Positions 36,241 through 50,400 of a stretch of DNA of 64,000 nt are shown here, in pieces. The notes under the pieces were generated by a model. It worked only from the letters and a program-made list of their open reading frames with translations. It did not search any database and was not told where the DNA came from. Source of the DNA: Haplodiscus bocki (lineage: Eukaryota). The stretch is taken from contig OZ296656.1 of the NCBI GenBank assembly GCA_965655095.1, positions 32,736,001 through 32,800,000 on the forward strand, written 5' to 3'. Position 1 is the first letter of the stretch; each line of letters opens with the position of its first letter. A program made the position numbers and the translations under genes.

Positions 36241-38475
36241 CCTTCGCATTACGAACTCAAAGCAAACAAAAATTCTATCTAACTTGGTTTGGGTATAAGA
36301 ACACATGTTAAGAAATCATGTTAAGGTTTAATGACTAATTTTAGCATGTGGGAGGGAGAGTGATAATAAATTTTGACGGCATATAAACAGATCATTTCTA
36401 TCACCTGCCTGATTTTGAGCGGCCGATTATCGTCCATCATGCTTTCTTCCCATGCTACAGAGGTTTGTTGGGGCATAAAAATGGATTTGAGACGTGATCA
36501 GTAAACTGTCTCCTCATTTTGTGAAGCCGTTCCCAGGTAGCAAGTGGTAATTAGACTTCTATCTGTGACGTGTTGGGGATGCACATGTAGATTTTCAGCT
36601 ATCGGCTCTTTAAGCATCTCCATTTCAATGCTCTAAAGTGCTGGAATGGTCGACACTGGCTATTGTAGTGAAGATTTTTTCCTTTCTTTCGTTGAACATC
36701 AGGTCTCACTTCGAATCGATTCCAGTTTTTCAGAATCGCTCAAATTGGAGAATCTGAAGCTACGAATTGTACTGTACTTTCAAGGATTTGAACTTCCTTT
36801 GCGTTTTTGGCCTATCACGGTTTTGATGCTAGGAAGAATATTGTTTTCGAATAACGTTGTACGAACAGGGAGTTGTCGATTGAAACATTCATAGGAAAAA
36901 ATCAGCCAGAAGTTTTCCTAAAAAAAATAATTCAAAATTGGAAAAAAATCAATAGTTATTGGCATTTTCGACCCTTGTTTCTCATTTTTGGCCCTTTTGG
37001 CATTTTCAACCTTTTATAGCATTTTGGCCCTGTCAAAGATTTTCGTCCTCTCGTGTGTCCGATCCTAAGAAAAACGAGGGAGGGAAAGAAAAAAGCAGGG
37101 ATTATTCCAACTTGGGTACATTGAATAGTTGAATAGTTAGGCTATGCTGAGTCATGAAAGTGGTCGGCGAATTTAAAAAAGGAATTCGTTGTTAATTGTA
37201 ATCCGGGGAGTTTCGGGGTTAAGGCGTCGTTACTGCTACACGCAGTCGGAAGAAAGGAAATCGAAAGCAATCTTGAGATAGGAAGTATTCCAAATTTGGT
37301 GCGAGTGTTAGGGAAGATATGCTAAGTAATGGAAGTAGGCGGCGTAGTTAAAGTGGGCAATAGTTTTCAATTTTGAGAGGTAGTTTCCGGGATGCATGTG
37401 GCCATTCCCGGCCTCTGCAAGTACAGCGAATATCAACAGTTTCGTATATTGAAATTCTTCCGACTTGAGTGTTCCTAAAGGAGGATTGGCTGATTATTGG
37501 GAGTGCTGGGCGCTAGTAAAGTTGGGAATGTTTTCCATGGTTAATGAGCTAAAAACTCACTGAATCTGAAAAACACCGTTCAGGTTTTTTTGATCAATGG
37601 AAGTTGCTGGTCCCCCATTTGGTTTATTGCAGTCTCTGTAAACTGAATGTTCCAACTATCAAGCTATATCTAAGCAACTGCATCTCGAAGGGCCTCTCGG
37701 TTCAGATCCGCCCCCAAAGGCCTTTTGTTTTGGGATTTCAATACTGCAAGATGAGCGTCTCTCCAAGATGAGCGTCTAAATCGTCTTCATCCGTGAGATA
37801 TGACTGTTTAAATATGGCCCAATTTTTGAAAGATTTATATATTTTTGCTTTGGTCCACTGGGAAATTACCTGTTAAAAAAAATTAAAATAATTCAGTTTA
37901 AGGGACCGCATGATTCAGCATGCTGTGGTTCAGTTAAACCAAGGAGTCAGTAAAAGGGGAGGCGAATTCTTGGAACGTCTACTCGAAAATCAGTTGCTAC
38001 TCATGTTCCCAAGCTATCGTAGTCTTTTAACTTTTTAGGACTTCGGCAAATTTCGATAGTATTACTCATTTTGTTTTGCTTTTTCGTACGACATCTTCGA
38101 GCTCGTTCAAAATAAGGAATTCCTTTCGACATTTGAAAAAAATATATTTAAAACGCAGCAAACCTACAGGAGCGACCATACAAACCATCATGGTAGCGGT
38201 GAGAGCGCACAAATGAAAAAATGTTTTCGAAGTCCAATCCGCCTTTGGGCTGCTATGTTTTTGAAATCAAGGCTGTAGAAAAAATATGTAGACTACGTTG
38301 ACCTTTCTTTTCCAGACTACTAGCCGACGGCCGTTCCTGTCTCTATTTTCGTCTGTTCAATCTTATCCAACTTCATGAGTAGATTAAACAAAGAAACCTG
38401 TAACTAAATGAATGTTTTTTTTCAGGTAGTTGTATAATTATAATTTATGTCAGAAACACGCTTTCCATGATCACA

Positions 38476-41400
38476 ATGTCGTGGGGTGAAAAACTATGGG
38501 ACAAATTTGATGTTGTCGAGAAACACACTGAAAAAGGCATCCAGTTTTCTCGTAAAATCGTCCAGTTTTTCGAAGAGTATGCTGCTAAGAAGCGTGAACA
38601 TGCCGGACAAATGCGCAAACTTGTTAAACATTATAATGTGAACTACAAGAAAAGTGGGAGCACAAAAGCCGGTGGGGGTAATTCTCCTGGCCCCAAGGAG
38701 TACAGCTACGAAGCGGCCTTTTACGTCATGCTGGACCATGTGACAGAAATGGCGTCTCTGGAAGAATCAATGGCCTCAGATCTTGAAGAAAAGATAATTT
38801 CTACAGCCAAAAACAGACACAGTGACTTCATGAGCAAACGCAAACAGTTTTTATCAGCAGGCAGGGACCACAATGTTAAACTGGCGAATGCGATCAAATT
38901 TTTAGAAACAGCCGAAACTAATTTCAAAAAGGCATGCAAGGCAAGAGATGAAGCGCAGATCGCGTTTACAAAAGCGGATAATGACATGAATGTGACAAAA
39001 GCGCTTGTGGCCAAGTGCGAACAAACGCTGAAAAACAAGACCGAAATGATGGAAAATTCCAGGCAGGATTATCTGCAGCAACTGCAGAAGACAAACGAGG
39101 CACAGAGAGATCATTACTTCCAACAGATGCCTTTAGTTTTTTCTGATCTGGAGACTTTGGACACAGATCGCATCCACGACTTACAGGAGTTGATGCACCA
39201 GTTTGCCAAATTACACGATGATTACCAAGTAAGTCTTCAATTTTTGGTCCAGTTTTTGAGCATTAAGCGGAAACTTATGCCTTTTGCTTTTACTTTATTT
39301 CTCCGCAAATCGCGGCTCCTAGCCTTTACTCGGCGAGCAATCGTTCAGAGCACCAAAGCATGAATTTAGGAGCGATAGCGATTAAAAGTCCCTCTATGCC
39401 GATTTTGTAACCCCCGGATTACTAGAGCATTCTTCCCGGCTATTATAGTTAAACAGGTGAACATCGCTATTTACCTAATTGCTAAATGATGCATACGCTT
39501 TTGAAAACGAAATGATTCATTAAATTTTCAACTTTTTTTAAAATGATATAAAATGACAAATAAATTTAAAGAAGTTAGCGTCATTTGCGGACTTCAGTTG
39601 TCAGTATGTTAATTTGACTTTTATTCAGTATCGCAGTTTTTCGAATTAACCACAATTTTTCAGGTACAACAGTTTGTTTTACAGCCTTTCGGGTGAGAAA
39701 TCTGTGTGATTTCTTGCTCATTGGCAATTCCAAATTACTCAACTTCCAATCTTACCACGATTCAGGCTAACCATTTTCCGTCGTAATATATATTACGAAA
39801 GGAAAATCATTCCCTCAGTATGTAGACTATTTTCTACGTGATTAGCCAATTCGGAGTGAACATATTCACGTTTAAGAAACCAAAAAGTTTCTCTGGACGC
39901 GTAGAATTTAGTTTTGACAACCCTGCAGAAAATTTTTTGCCCAAAGGACGAAAATTTTTCACTCCAGTCTGAAAAAAAATTATATATTTTTTCAAAATTA
40001 GTTTTCTAAATTGTTCCTGAATATATCTAATCGGAAGTTCTGATTTTGCTGAATATTGAAACTGTTTTTTCTACATAACTACAAGGTTTCAATCCTCTCG
40101 TCAGAGTCTCAGTCGACAGCTTTTGACTTGCGTAGGACATCTCAAAATAGAGATCATCATTGTTGAATCCTGACAGACCGAGAATGCCAAAAAGGCTAGT
40201 AATACAGATCTCAGTTTTCAAACTCATGATACTTCAAAACTACCAGCTTGAGTTTTTGCGTCAAGGGTTGTACTGAGAGCTCCTCACTTGAGAAAACTAT
40301 TCAATAGAAAAATAATCCATTTTGTGCTTTTCGTCGGAATCCCGGTAGTGCAAGAAATGCGAAAATTGCCCTCAGTTTTATAGCTTAGACACATCTCCAT
40401 ATTTCTCAAATTCATATTTCTCAATAAGTTTTGGCTAGTCTTCCGTCATGGTCCCATTCATCAACTTTCTTCTTGTGGGAGACTACGCCAAAAACAATCA
40501 TCGGTTTATTTTGTGTTGTCTGAATCCCGATGGTGGGAAATTGGCGAGAAATGCTGATATAATTGACCTATCTTGACATTCAAATTCCTATTTCTGGAGC
40601 ATTGCCTACTTCATTCCTCCTGCAAAGGTGTCGACCAACACCTTTTTAATGCAGGAGGACTTTTCAAATGCTTAACAATTTTAAGCGAGCGTAACGAAAG
40701 CTAAGACAGACACTTCTGCTGTAAAATGAGAGGCAATTTTTTTCCTTTCCTTTTTGAACTTGAAATTTGTTGTTCGAAATTCAATGTTTCTGAACCTGTT
40801 TGACAGATTTTTCGGTCAGAAACATTACGAAAGAGCTCAAATCTATCACATACTATTTTTTTGTTGCGGTCTGATTGTTTTTTGGATAGTTTTTTTTGTG
40901 AAAGCAACTTGAAAATCGAGCTTTTTTTGGACACTTCGATCATTGTAGTCGTCTTATAGGTCGTTTATTTCTGCATGCAGGGCTCGAAAAGTTTGCACAG
41001 GTTGAAGGAGGAAACTCTTTTTTTATCACATACTAAACTTCAGTTGCGGTCCGACAATTTTTCGATGGTTTTTTGCGAAAGAAACCTGAAAGTCAAGCTA
41101 ATTTTGTCAACTTGGATACTATTTTTGTCAAATTGCCTGAATTATCATTTAGCATTTTTGGTATTCATTAAAAAATGATTTCTATACTCACTACATAGAA
41201 GATGCTTGTTTTTCAGCCTCACTTGCACAAATGTTTGCAAGCCGTACATCAGAGTGCAGATGACGTGGATGTGAGCAGGGATCTTGATCTAGTAATTGAC
41301 AAACATCAAACGGGTCGTTTCCCACCTCCTGACAAGCAATATGTTGACTATTCTTTATCTCAAAACGGTGAGCCCTCAAGTATTCCAAAATAATTTCGAG

Positions 41401-44400
41401 CTTCTACTGTTCTTAAAGTTTGGTATTCACACGTTACGAAACGAAACTAGATTTTTAAAATCATCTAGACTTCAGTATTTTGCATTTTTTCGAAAAATTT
41501 ATCTTGATGATTCGGGGAATCTTTCTAATTTAGTCTTCCTCGCCCGGTAAAAATTTGACGTGTTCAAATTTTCTGTCATTGCAGACAGTCTTCGTAAACT
41601 AATGAAATTTCCAACTTCCTTTGCTCCCATTTTGAAAATCAAATGCTGGGCTTCTTGTTAGGACTTCGGAATTTTCATTTTAGGACTTTGGTAAATTTCA
41701 ACTTTACTACGTAAGGTGTTACTTGATTTTTGTTTTTTGTTGCAGCTTTTTCGTACATTTTGCAACTTCTTCCGACATAGGGATTTTCGTGTGACATTTT
41801 AATTTTTTTTTGAATTTTTTTCAAAATGCAGCAATTCCGCGTGGGAGTACATGATGGACCATACCGAAAATCACAGTACCAGTGAGGGCTCTCAAACAAA
41901 ATTTAGAACCGTGAACAACTATCAATTTGCACGTTTGCGTGGTCTTTGGCTCTGCGTTCCTTGCCTGCAGGTACACATAATTTCGCGGGAATTTATAATA
42001 TGGCGGGTAAATATAGTTCCAAGAGCACTTATTTTTGAAAATGGAACTCAACGTTTGAATCAACTCTCAAGCAAAAATAAACGTTTTTGCAGCTCTTTTC
42101 TCAGAAAGAAATAGGGTTTAGAAAGGTGTTGTAGGAACAAACGTTTCTTAGATAAGATTACAGATGTCTTTACTTCATCGAATTTAGACAAGAAATCTTA
42201 AACTTTAAGACCCCCAGATTGCAGCATTTTTAGTCCTTTTTTTGAACTTGTTGAAGATTTTGAGGGGCTAAATGAACAAATAATTTTTTTCACTCGTGCT
42301 AGATGTTATGAACATGGATTTGGTGAGAATTCTTTCCCGTCCGTGAGCAACTATCAAATTGCACTTTTGCGTGGATTTTGTTTCTGCGTTCCTTGTCGGT
42401 AAGTACACATAATTTCGCGGGAATTTATAATATGACGGGTAAGTATAGTTCGAAGAGTACTTAATTTTGAGAATGAAACTCAAGGTTTAGAGCTCAGTAT
42501 CTCCGTACCTATTGTACAGATTTTTCTGATTTTTCCAGAAACGTTACAAGAACAGTCTAATCTATCATATAATGAGTTCTGGTTTGTGAGGAAATATGTT
42601 TGATAGTTTTTTTAAGCTGTGTTTGAACATCAATAAGAACCTACTCAGGGAAAATGTTCTAAGGTTCAAAAAATTCGTAGTTTGTTCCCTGCTCGAATGT
42701 TTGGTAAAATTTTTGCAAATGTTTGCGAAGCACTACTGCGTCTCTGTGTAATTTAATGCACCCAAATGGATTTCTACAATCATTCCTAGGCCATGGTAAG
42801 CCAATTCGACCCAAATTTCTTGCTCTTTGAAAAAGCTCGTTCTTCCAAGGCTCGGATGTCGTGCTATCTCTGTTTTGAAAATTCAAAATCTGAGCCTTAG
42901 AAAAAAGTAAAAACACAGCTTGTACCGTTTTTTTCTCCAAGTCTCTAAATTTTTTGGATTTAGCATTTTTCTGAGATCTGATTATCGGAAAAGATAAACG
43001 TTATATAACTAAAAGTATAAAAAACACACCTCAGCTAAGGAGCGTAAATTTTAAAGACTTCATTTTCCAGGAAATTGTAAAAGTCAAAGGTTTTGGGGAC
43101 ATTCGAAGCTTGCAATATTGTATCTGAACGTTTTTACTGTATCGTGGGTAGTATATGAGATTTTCGAGGCCAACCTCAAACTCTGTCAAAAATGGCCAAA
43201 ATCGGGGTTGTCATAACTTTTCAACTATTGGTGATAATTCAAAAAACACCTGATAAAATCTTTAGAAAAATCAAAGAAACTGCTTTTGCTTTCACTGTTT
43301 TCTCATATAGTTGCAGTTTTTCCTCAGGTGTTCACTGTTTTAAAATTTTAAAATCAGTACACGACCGAATCAATTTGAAATCCTAAGCAGTATAAAATGT
43401 ACTAAAGCGATGAGAGCTCACAAATAAACAAACTTTAGAACATTATTCTTGTTCCCCAGCCAATCTACTTATAAATGTGTAAACTTCTGGACAGTTTTAA
43501 TTCAATTATCACAATTGGTTGGTAAACGGAATGAGAGTCGAGAGGTAAGGGGTTCTTTCCGAAGTCCTATCCGCCTTGAGTGGCCATGATTTGATGTTTT
43601 GCGATCTTTATGTTGGTTTTGAGAGCAATATTGAGTAAGTACTATTTCTGATTCGTAGAGAAGCTTGCGCATATCTTTCGAGAAATAGGATATACAGTTT
43701 TTCATGTACTTGTGAGTTCTGTCGTCTTATAAATTTGAAAATTGGGCTCTTTCGGGTTGCTAGCTTTAGGGAGCATCGCTTCGCTTCATGTTCCACTTGC
43801 GATAGCAAGTGCCATAAACCCTGATACGGTGGGCTTTTTTGGCCGTGAACAACCATAAAATACACAATTTTCTCTGCACATCGATTCTGCGTTGGTTGGT
43901 TTGAGAAATAATTCCTGTTTGGCGATATGTTGCTTGCAACTGATGTGGCTGACATATATTTTTGGCAGGCAAATATAAACAAAGGCTCTGTTTTGAGTTT
44001 TGTTTTCCCAGAAAAAAGGTTTGGCTCAAAAACATTGTTTTTGCGCCATGGAAGACAAAGCAACTCATAAAATTCATGCTCTACAAGTTTTTCTCAAATA
44101 AATTTCTCGGCAATTTTCCGCCCAAACACCTTCGCCAAACATTTTGATTTTTATGACTTTGCTTTCATTCTCTGACGTTTCAAGCCATTTCATGCTTCAT
44201 TTTACTCAACGGTCGCTTCTGCTTGTTTTTGTTGGAGAGTTATTCTCGAAAAAGTTGGTACCTAAGTTCTAAAAGTGAAGTTTTCCAAACATTTGTGAAA
44301 AATTTTAACTTACCTTTAAATTCGACTTTTCTTTACTTGGGTCCGTTTACACATTCTGATTGAAAGAAAACTTATGTATTGAAACCGACTTATGCCGAAA

Positions 44401-47400
44401 ACGACACTTTGAGACATTTAGCAGTAATTTTTCTGTGTTCCGCGTTCTTAAAAGTGCTAGTTTTTTTAACAATATGCTGAAAAAATCAACGAAAGCGTCG
44501 TACAGGGTCATTTTTGATTCATTATTCTATTGAATATGATATAGTGTGGCAGGTAAGTGATCATTTTCGCGTGGTAAGATGCGCAAGTTTCTTCTACATT
44601 GTGCTGCAAAATGGCGTAACGTTGAAGGATTTCATTAACAGATCTAATTTTTCGAATATGAGAACATGTGACAGGTATTTGTTCAATTTGACTTTTTTGA
44701 CAAACATTTGATTAACAGGTGGTGTAGTTTTTTTGAAAAAAATCAATCATGGATCGGATCAAGGTTTCGAATATCCTTCAGGATCTTTGATCTCTGCTGA
44801 CAAGAGAGAATGTATAGCATGTTGCGCTTCGTTTTTATGTTCCAAAGTTGTTTTTCTCGGACATTACCAGCTGCATTAGGGTCATCTAGTGCTAACTCGA
44901 AAGCACGCAATATGGAAAATGCGACTATCAAAAAAATCCTGTTTCATGCATTTTGCGGGAAGTTTCTTGCTTGTCTTTTTTAATTGCGTATTTTTTTCGA
45001 AAACTACCGGTTGAATTGCTGCCACTAATAAGTTATTCAAAAGCTTGGAATGTGGATAACATGCCAAGAAGAGACTTGCACGTTTCATGTTTCTCACGTG
45101 GAATTCGAAAAAATTCTTTTGCGTCTGTTTGAAGGTCGTTTTTGTCAAAGACTACGAGTTTTATCGGACTGTGTCTTCCTGAAAATTGTTTTTGCTGGAG
45201 GTCACCGGTTGGCTTGCAGCCATCCAGTGCTTATTCAAAGACCGGCAGTATGGCGAATTAGGAGCAACCGGGATATCTTGTTTCCTTCTTTGCACTCACA
45301 TTTTCGTAAACTTGTCTTTCGAAGTACGAAGAATATTTTCTCTTGTTTTTCTCAAAAACTATTGGTTGGGCCGCAGCTATCGATTGCATAGTTTAATTCG
45401 TGATGCGTAGGGTTTCTTTTTTGGAACAGCTGTTTTTGGGATTTCTTTTTCATTGGAACCATTTTTCTTTGCTATATTGAAAAATTTACTTGAATCAGTT
45501 GAGCACTTTTCGTCCGTGGGCAATTTGTTAATGACCGTTCTCGCCTTCTTGGCAAGTTTTTGCAAAGCAGAGTTTCGCCTCTATGTACGAAACTTAAAAA
45601 ATTGAAAATAATCACTGATTCGATTCACTCAAGAGAAATCATTTTTGCTGTGGTGTTTCTTTTTATGTTACTAGCGACTGAAGACTTCCAATTGAAAAAA
45701 CTGGTTGATCTCAAAATAGATCTTCGCTAGTTATTTTGCGCCTTTATTTGAAAGCATGGAAGAAAAATTGTTCAATGAGTATGGGTGTATTCTCAGGCAA
45801 AATATTTTTAGCTGTAAAAGAAAAGACCTTGATTCGAACCGCGAAATTTTGGCGACGAAATCTATAGTCTTTCCCACTAAATCTAATGAACATTAACTTG
45901 ATTGAGAACTTTTCTTATATACGGCGAAAAATATGCCGGAGTTAGCCGACCGTCTTGTTTTCAATTGTTTGAATTTGATATTTCTTGCTATTTTTCAAAA
46001 CTAAACGAATAATATAAATTCGTACAGTTAAACCTAACGCTGATTTTATACGTCAACAGAGAAATGGCGGAGACTGTTTTCAATCATGGAAGCTAGACCT
46101 TGATCCAAGTATGGCAAAAACAGGAAGGAGAAGATTACTAAAGGAGCGGTATAAGGTGCCTTTGGGACATTTTTCGGTACGACTTACCGTAGCACCATTG
46201 ACATATTCTATCAGAACCGATCTGAGGAAACCTGGTGGCACTACAGTAGTGTTTTACAAAAATAGAGTTTAAGAGCGTTCACTGACGCTATTTCGCCAAT
46301 AGTAGCTCGTTATTTGCTCTCAATTTACAATCTCGTTGGTTAACATTTGCCAGTTTCGGTAATCTCTGCCGTTTTTTCGAAGTTTGACTAAGTTAGAAAA
46401 AATGGTTTCGAAAACTTTTGTACCAGAAAATTTTCCCAGAATTTCTTGAGTTTTTTGAAATTATCCAAAATAAATGACCATCTCTAACTTTACTGTATTG
46501 GCTGCAAAATTTTGAAAAAGAAACGATTGTAAACTAGATTAAAATCTAGATCTAGAAACTTCTCTTTCTACCAAAAGTAACCTTTTCCAAAGCTTCAGAG
46601 ATATTGAATTCGAGTTAGTTAGTCAATTTATGCATAGGTGCTCCATTCTTTCAAAATACTACTGTATTTTGTTCCGAACTCCGCAGTTTATTTTTTGTTT
46701 TCTCGTGTGCTCTACTTTAAAGAATTTGTAACATTGTGAAGTTAAAGGACTGAATTTTCTCTCATTCAGTTGCGACGAGTTGTTTCAATACCATAGGATT
46801 AAACTTTTAAAGGATCCTTTTATATTTCATACAAGTTTTTGATACTTTTCTGGATTTCAGATCTGTTCGCTTTCAGACTGGAATTTACATTAAACTGGCC
46901 CGGATAACCTATGCAGCTCTGTTTTTCAGTATTAAAAGTTCGAATAAGCCGCGAACACACACAATCAACGGAATGCTTGTTCTGTTTCAGCAACCTCTGG
47001 AGACCCTCAACAGCAGGGCAGCACAACTGCAGGCGCTTCAACAGCAGTTCCCTCGTCATCGTCGCCCCAGTTGCCGCCGCACGTGCCTCAGGCAGAGCCC
47101 CGGCTATCAAAAACATTCATTTCTATTCCGACTAATAACAATAACGTCCCTAGCTCCTCTGCATGTAGCAGTCCCACGGACCCAAGCTCGATGGATCAGC
47201 ACGTACAGCAATCCATGTCCCAAGACCGCTCAGTCACTCTAGCACATCCAAGCAACATGTCCGGTGCCTCGGGATCTGCCTCAGGGGCAGCCAAAGAGAA
47301 GAAAAAACGGGGCCGCTTTTTGTCCTTCATGTCTAAAAAGTCAAAAACATTTGGTGGTAACAATGTACAGAATACGACATCATTGCAGCAAGATTTCGCA

Positions 47401-50400
47401 GATATTGCTTTCGTCTGCGATCCTCCTGCACAGCAAAAACTGAAATCTGAAGCAAAAGTTTTGGAACTTAATCGAGAAATTGATAAACTTGAGAAAGAAC
47501 GGGATGGAATGTTACGCTTGAAAAATTCCTATTTAACAAACACCGCCTATGGTGACGCGAAAAGCCTAGAACCCAAGATATCGAGAGTGGGCCAAGAGTT
47601 GGATTCTAAGAGGATAGAGTTGAAAAGGTATTCAGAGTTTTTGGCTGCTGTGAAATCTTCGACCAGCGCAACTTGTGCGGCTTCTGTGGGAAACAATCAG
47701 TCCAAATCAAAACGAGACAGTAGCAGGTTTTCCGCATACCAACCGGACAGTAATTATGGCGAAGTACCTAATTGCTACTCCGGTTAGTTCTAATGAACTA
47801 GTTATCAATCCAGTTTGTTAAGTCTCATTTTGCAGTGTGTCGAAACCGAAGAAAAACTTGTTTGTGGAAATATTTTACGAAAATTCAGAGAATAATTGAA
47901 ATCCGAAAATTAAAATACGTTGGGATATTAATAAATGCTGAAATACAGTGGATTCTTAACTCTTCTGAATCCTATATAAAATGGAGCTAATGAATTGTGT
48001 CTCGACTTTTGGAAACTTAAAATTTTTCTGATGTCATTGCCGAAAGACCGAAACCAGCGAGTGAAAAAAGCGAGCCAATAAAAAGCTAGTAAATAAAACT
48101 CCGTGATTGTGTTTTTGTTATGGCGTCATGATGATTACACTCATTATCCCTCATAAGAACATACTTGTTGAAATCGAGCCTCATTTGTTCTTGACGAAAA
48201 CAGCGAATTGAGGCTCGATTGTTCTTGAAGTGTTCTTAGTCTACATGTATGACGTAATTCTCGTTCAGCCTATGAAAATACTGAGTTCTACAGCAGCTAT
48301 TAATTAGTGCAGCTCTGCGGTTGCTACGTGTAATTCAACTAACAAAATTGTGCCGCTGCTAATTTTCTCGGACAAACAAAAGACTATTTAATTAGGAATT
48401 AGAATTGGAAATCCAGAATTATATTTTGTCTTAACACTTTTCGAATAAATTTGAGCCTGAATTGTTCTTGAGTGTTCTTAATCAAGAAAATTTTCAGACC
48501 CTCATGTTCTTATAAAATTGTTCGTATAAAAGATAATGAATGTACAGTAATGTGACAAAAGAAAGGAACTTTTATTTGTGAATTAATACTGGAACGATAC
48601 ATATACTCGCGTAATACTCAAAAACAACAGAAAATCACAAATTATGTTCGAAACAAACGTTCCTTAGAATTTTATCTAGTTTACAATGGTGTTTGTTTGA
48701 AACTTCTCGGATCAATATTATAGAAGTTAGGAGATTTTGCACCTCTATGTATTAAGATAGGAGGTTGTTTTTGCGTCACAACTTTCGATGTTTTAAGTGC
48801 CTTCTACTCCGTTTTCATTTACATTTCATATATTTTCAAGATGCCCGTCATCCACTGATTACACTCAGAAGCTGGTAGCTCCCCAGTGTTTACACTATCA
48901 AAATGGCGAGACATTCTCTAAGAAAAAGTAGTCATCCCAATGTTAATACGTTGTAAAAGGTGTCATTTCTCAGAGAATGTCTCGCCATTTTGATAGTGTA
49001 AACACTGGGGAGCTACCAGCTTCTGAGTGTAATCAGTGGATGACGGGCATCTTGAAAATATATGAAATGTAAATGAAAACGGAGTAGAAGGTAGTTAAAA
49101 CATCGAAAGTTGTGACGCAAAATCAACCTCCTATCTTAATACATAGAGGTGCAAAATCTCCTAACTTCTATAATATTGATCCGAGAAGTTTCAAACAAAC
49201 ACCATTGTAAACTAGATAAAATTCTAAGGAACGTTTGTTTCGAACATAATTTGTGATTTTCTGTTGTTTTTGAGTATTACGCAAGTATATGTATTGTTCC
49301 AGTATTAATTCACAGATAAAAGGTTCCTTTCTTTTCTCACACTACTGTATGTCGTATGAAGAAAGCGAGTGAGTTTGTCACGTCGTCCTCTACATTTACT
49401 CACCTGCTTCATTCATCCAACGTGATAACAGTGACTTCGAAGCCAAAAAAGAACGAAAATGTAACTTTGAAAATTTAATCTGCTGATCTGGCAGTAGGGT
49501 TTGCTGGCTACTTTAATATGCTATGCAAGTTTTAACAAAAGAAAAATTATTTTAGTGCTTCTCACATGAAGCACTAAGATTACTTTTGTCAAAACTTGCA
49601 TAAGAAATCGAATGAATTGAGAGACGTAGAGAATCCTTGGTCAGCCTGTCTTTTCAGATTTGTGGATTTTTCACGGAGTTGTCTAAGAGCATACTGAAGT
49701 TTACTCGATATCTCGAAGGATGGCTCTTAAAGTCAAATTGACACAGCTCACAATGAACGGCGCACAATTTCGATTTGAAAAAAATTGACTTTCAGTTTGA
49801 AATATTCGTTAATTTTCCCTGTCTTCAGAAATTTCAAAGGTAAAGAAAGCTGTCTTATTTTCCATGGAAATCCGAGAAGGCGAGTATATGAAGACGGAAT
49901 CTGCAATTTTTGCGGCCTAACTTTTCTAGATAACAATTCAGAAGACTAACTTTTTGCATCTCTTAATCAGACTGCCTTCAATTTCGTAGGTCAGTCGCCA
50001 GTTTCTGAATCTGCCTCGTTTCCATAATTAGTTTAAATTTTCTATTGCTACTCTTTCCACAAAATTTTAGTCTCAACTATGGTTGTTTTTCATTTCTTAC
50101 CTAACTTCTTACCTAAAGTACCATCCAACTTTTTTGATGTCAGGGGGGTTGGAGATTTCTCTGATCGAACTATAAGTTCTCTACCATGAGAAAGCTGTGT
50201 GTACCAGCGGAGCAAGAGGTAGGCAAGTCATGCGTACATTTTAAATGTACGGCCATTCAATACCAAAATGCAATCTGTTCTGGTAATCTTGTTCTGTTTT
50301 GCTGTTCTTTCGGCTGTACTTAATTCACTGTCTTGTCACCTTTCTTTTAGTCTTACTAGTCTTCCGGTGCTTCTGTAATTGCTTCGCTCAAAATAACACT

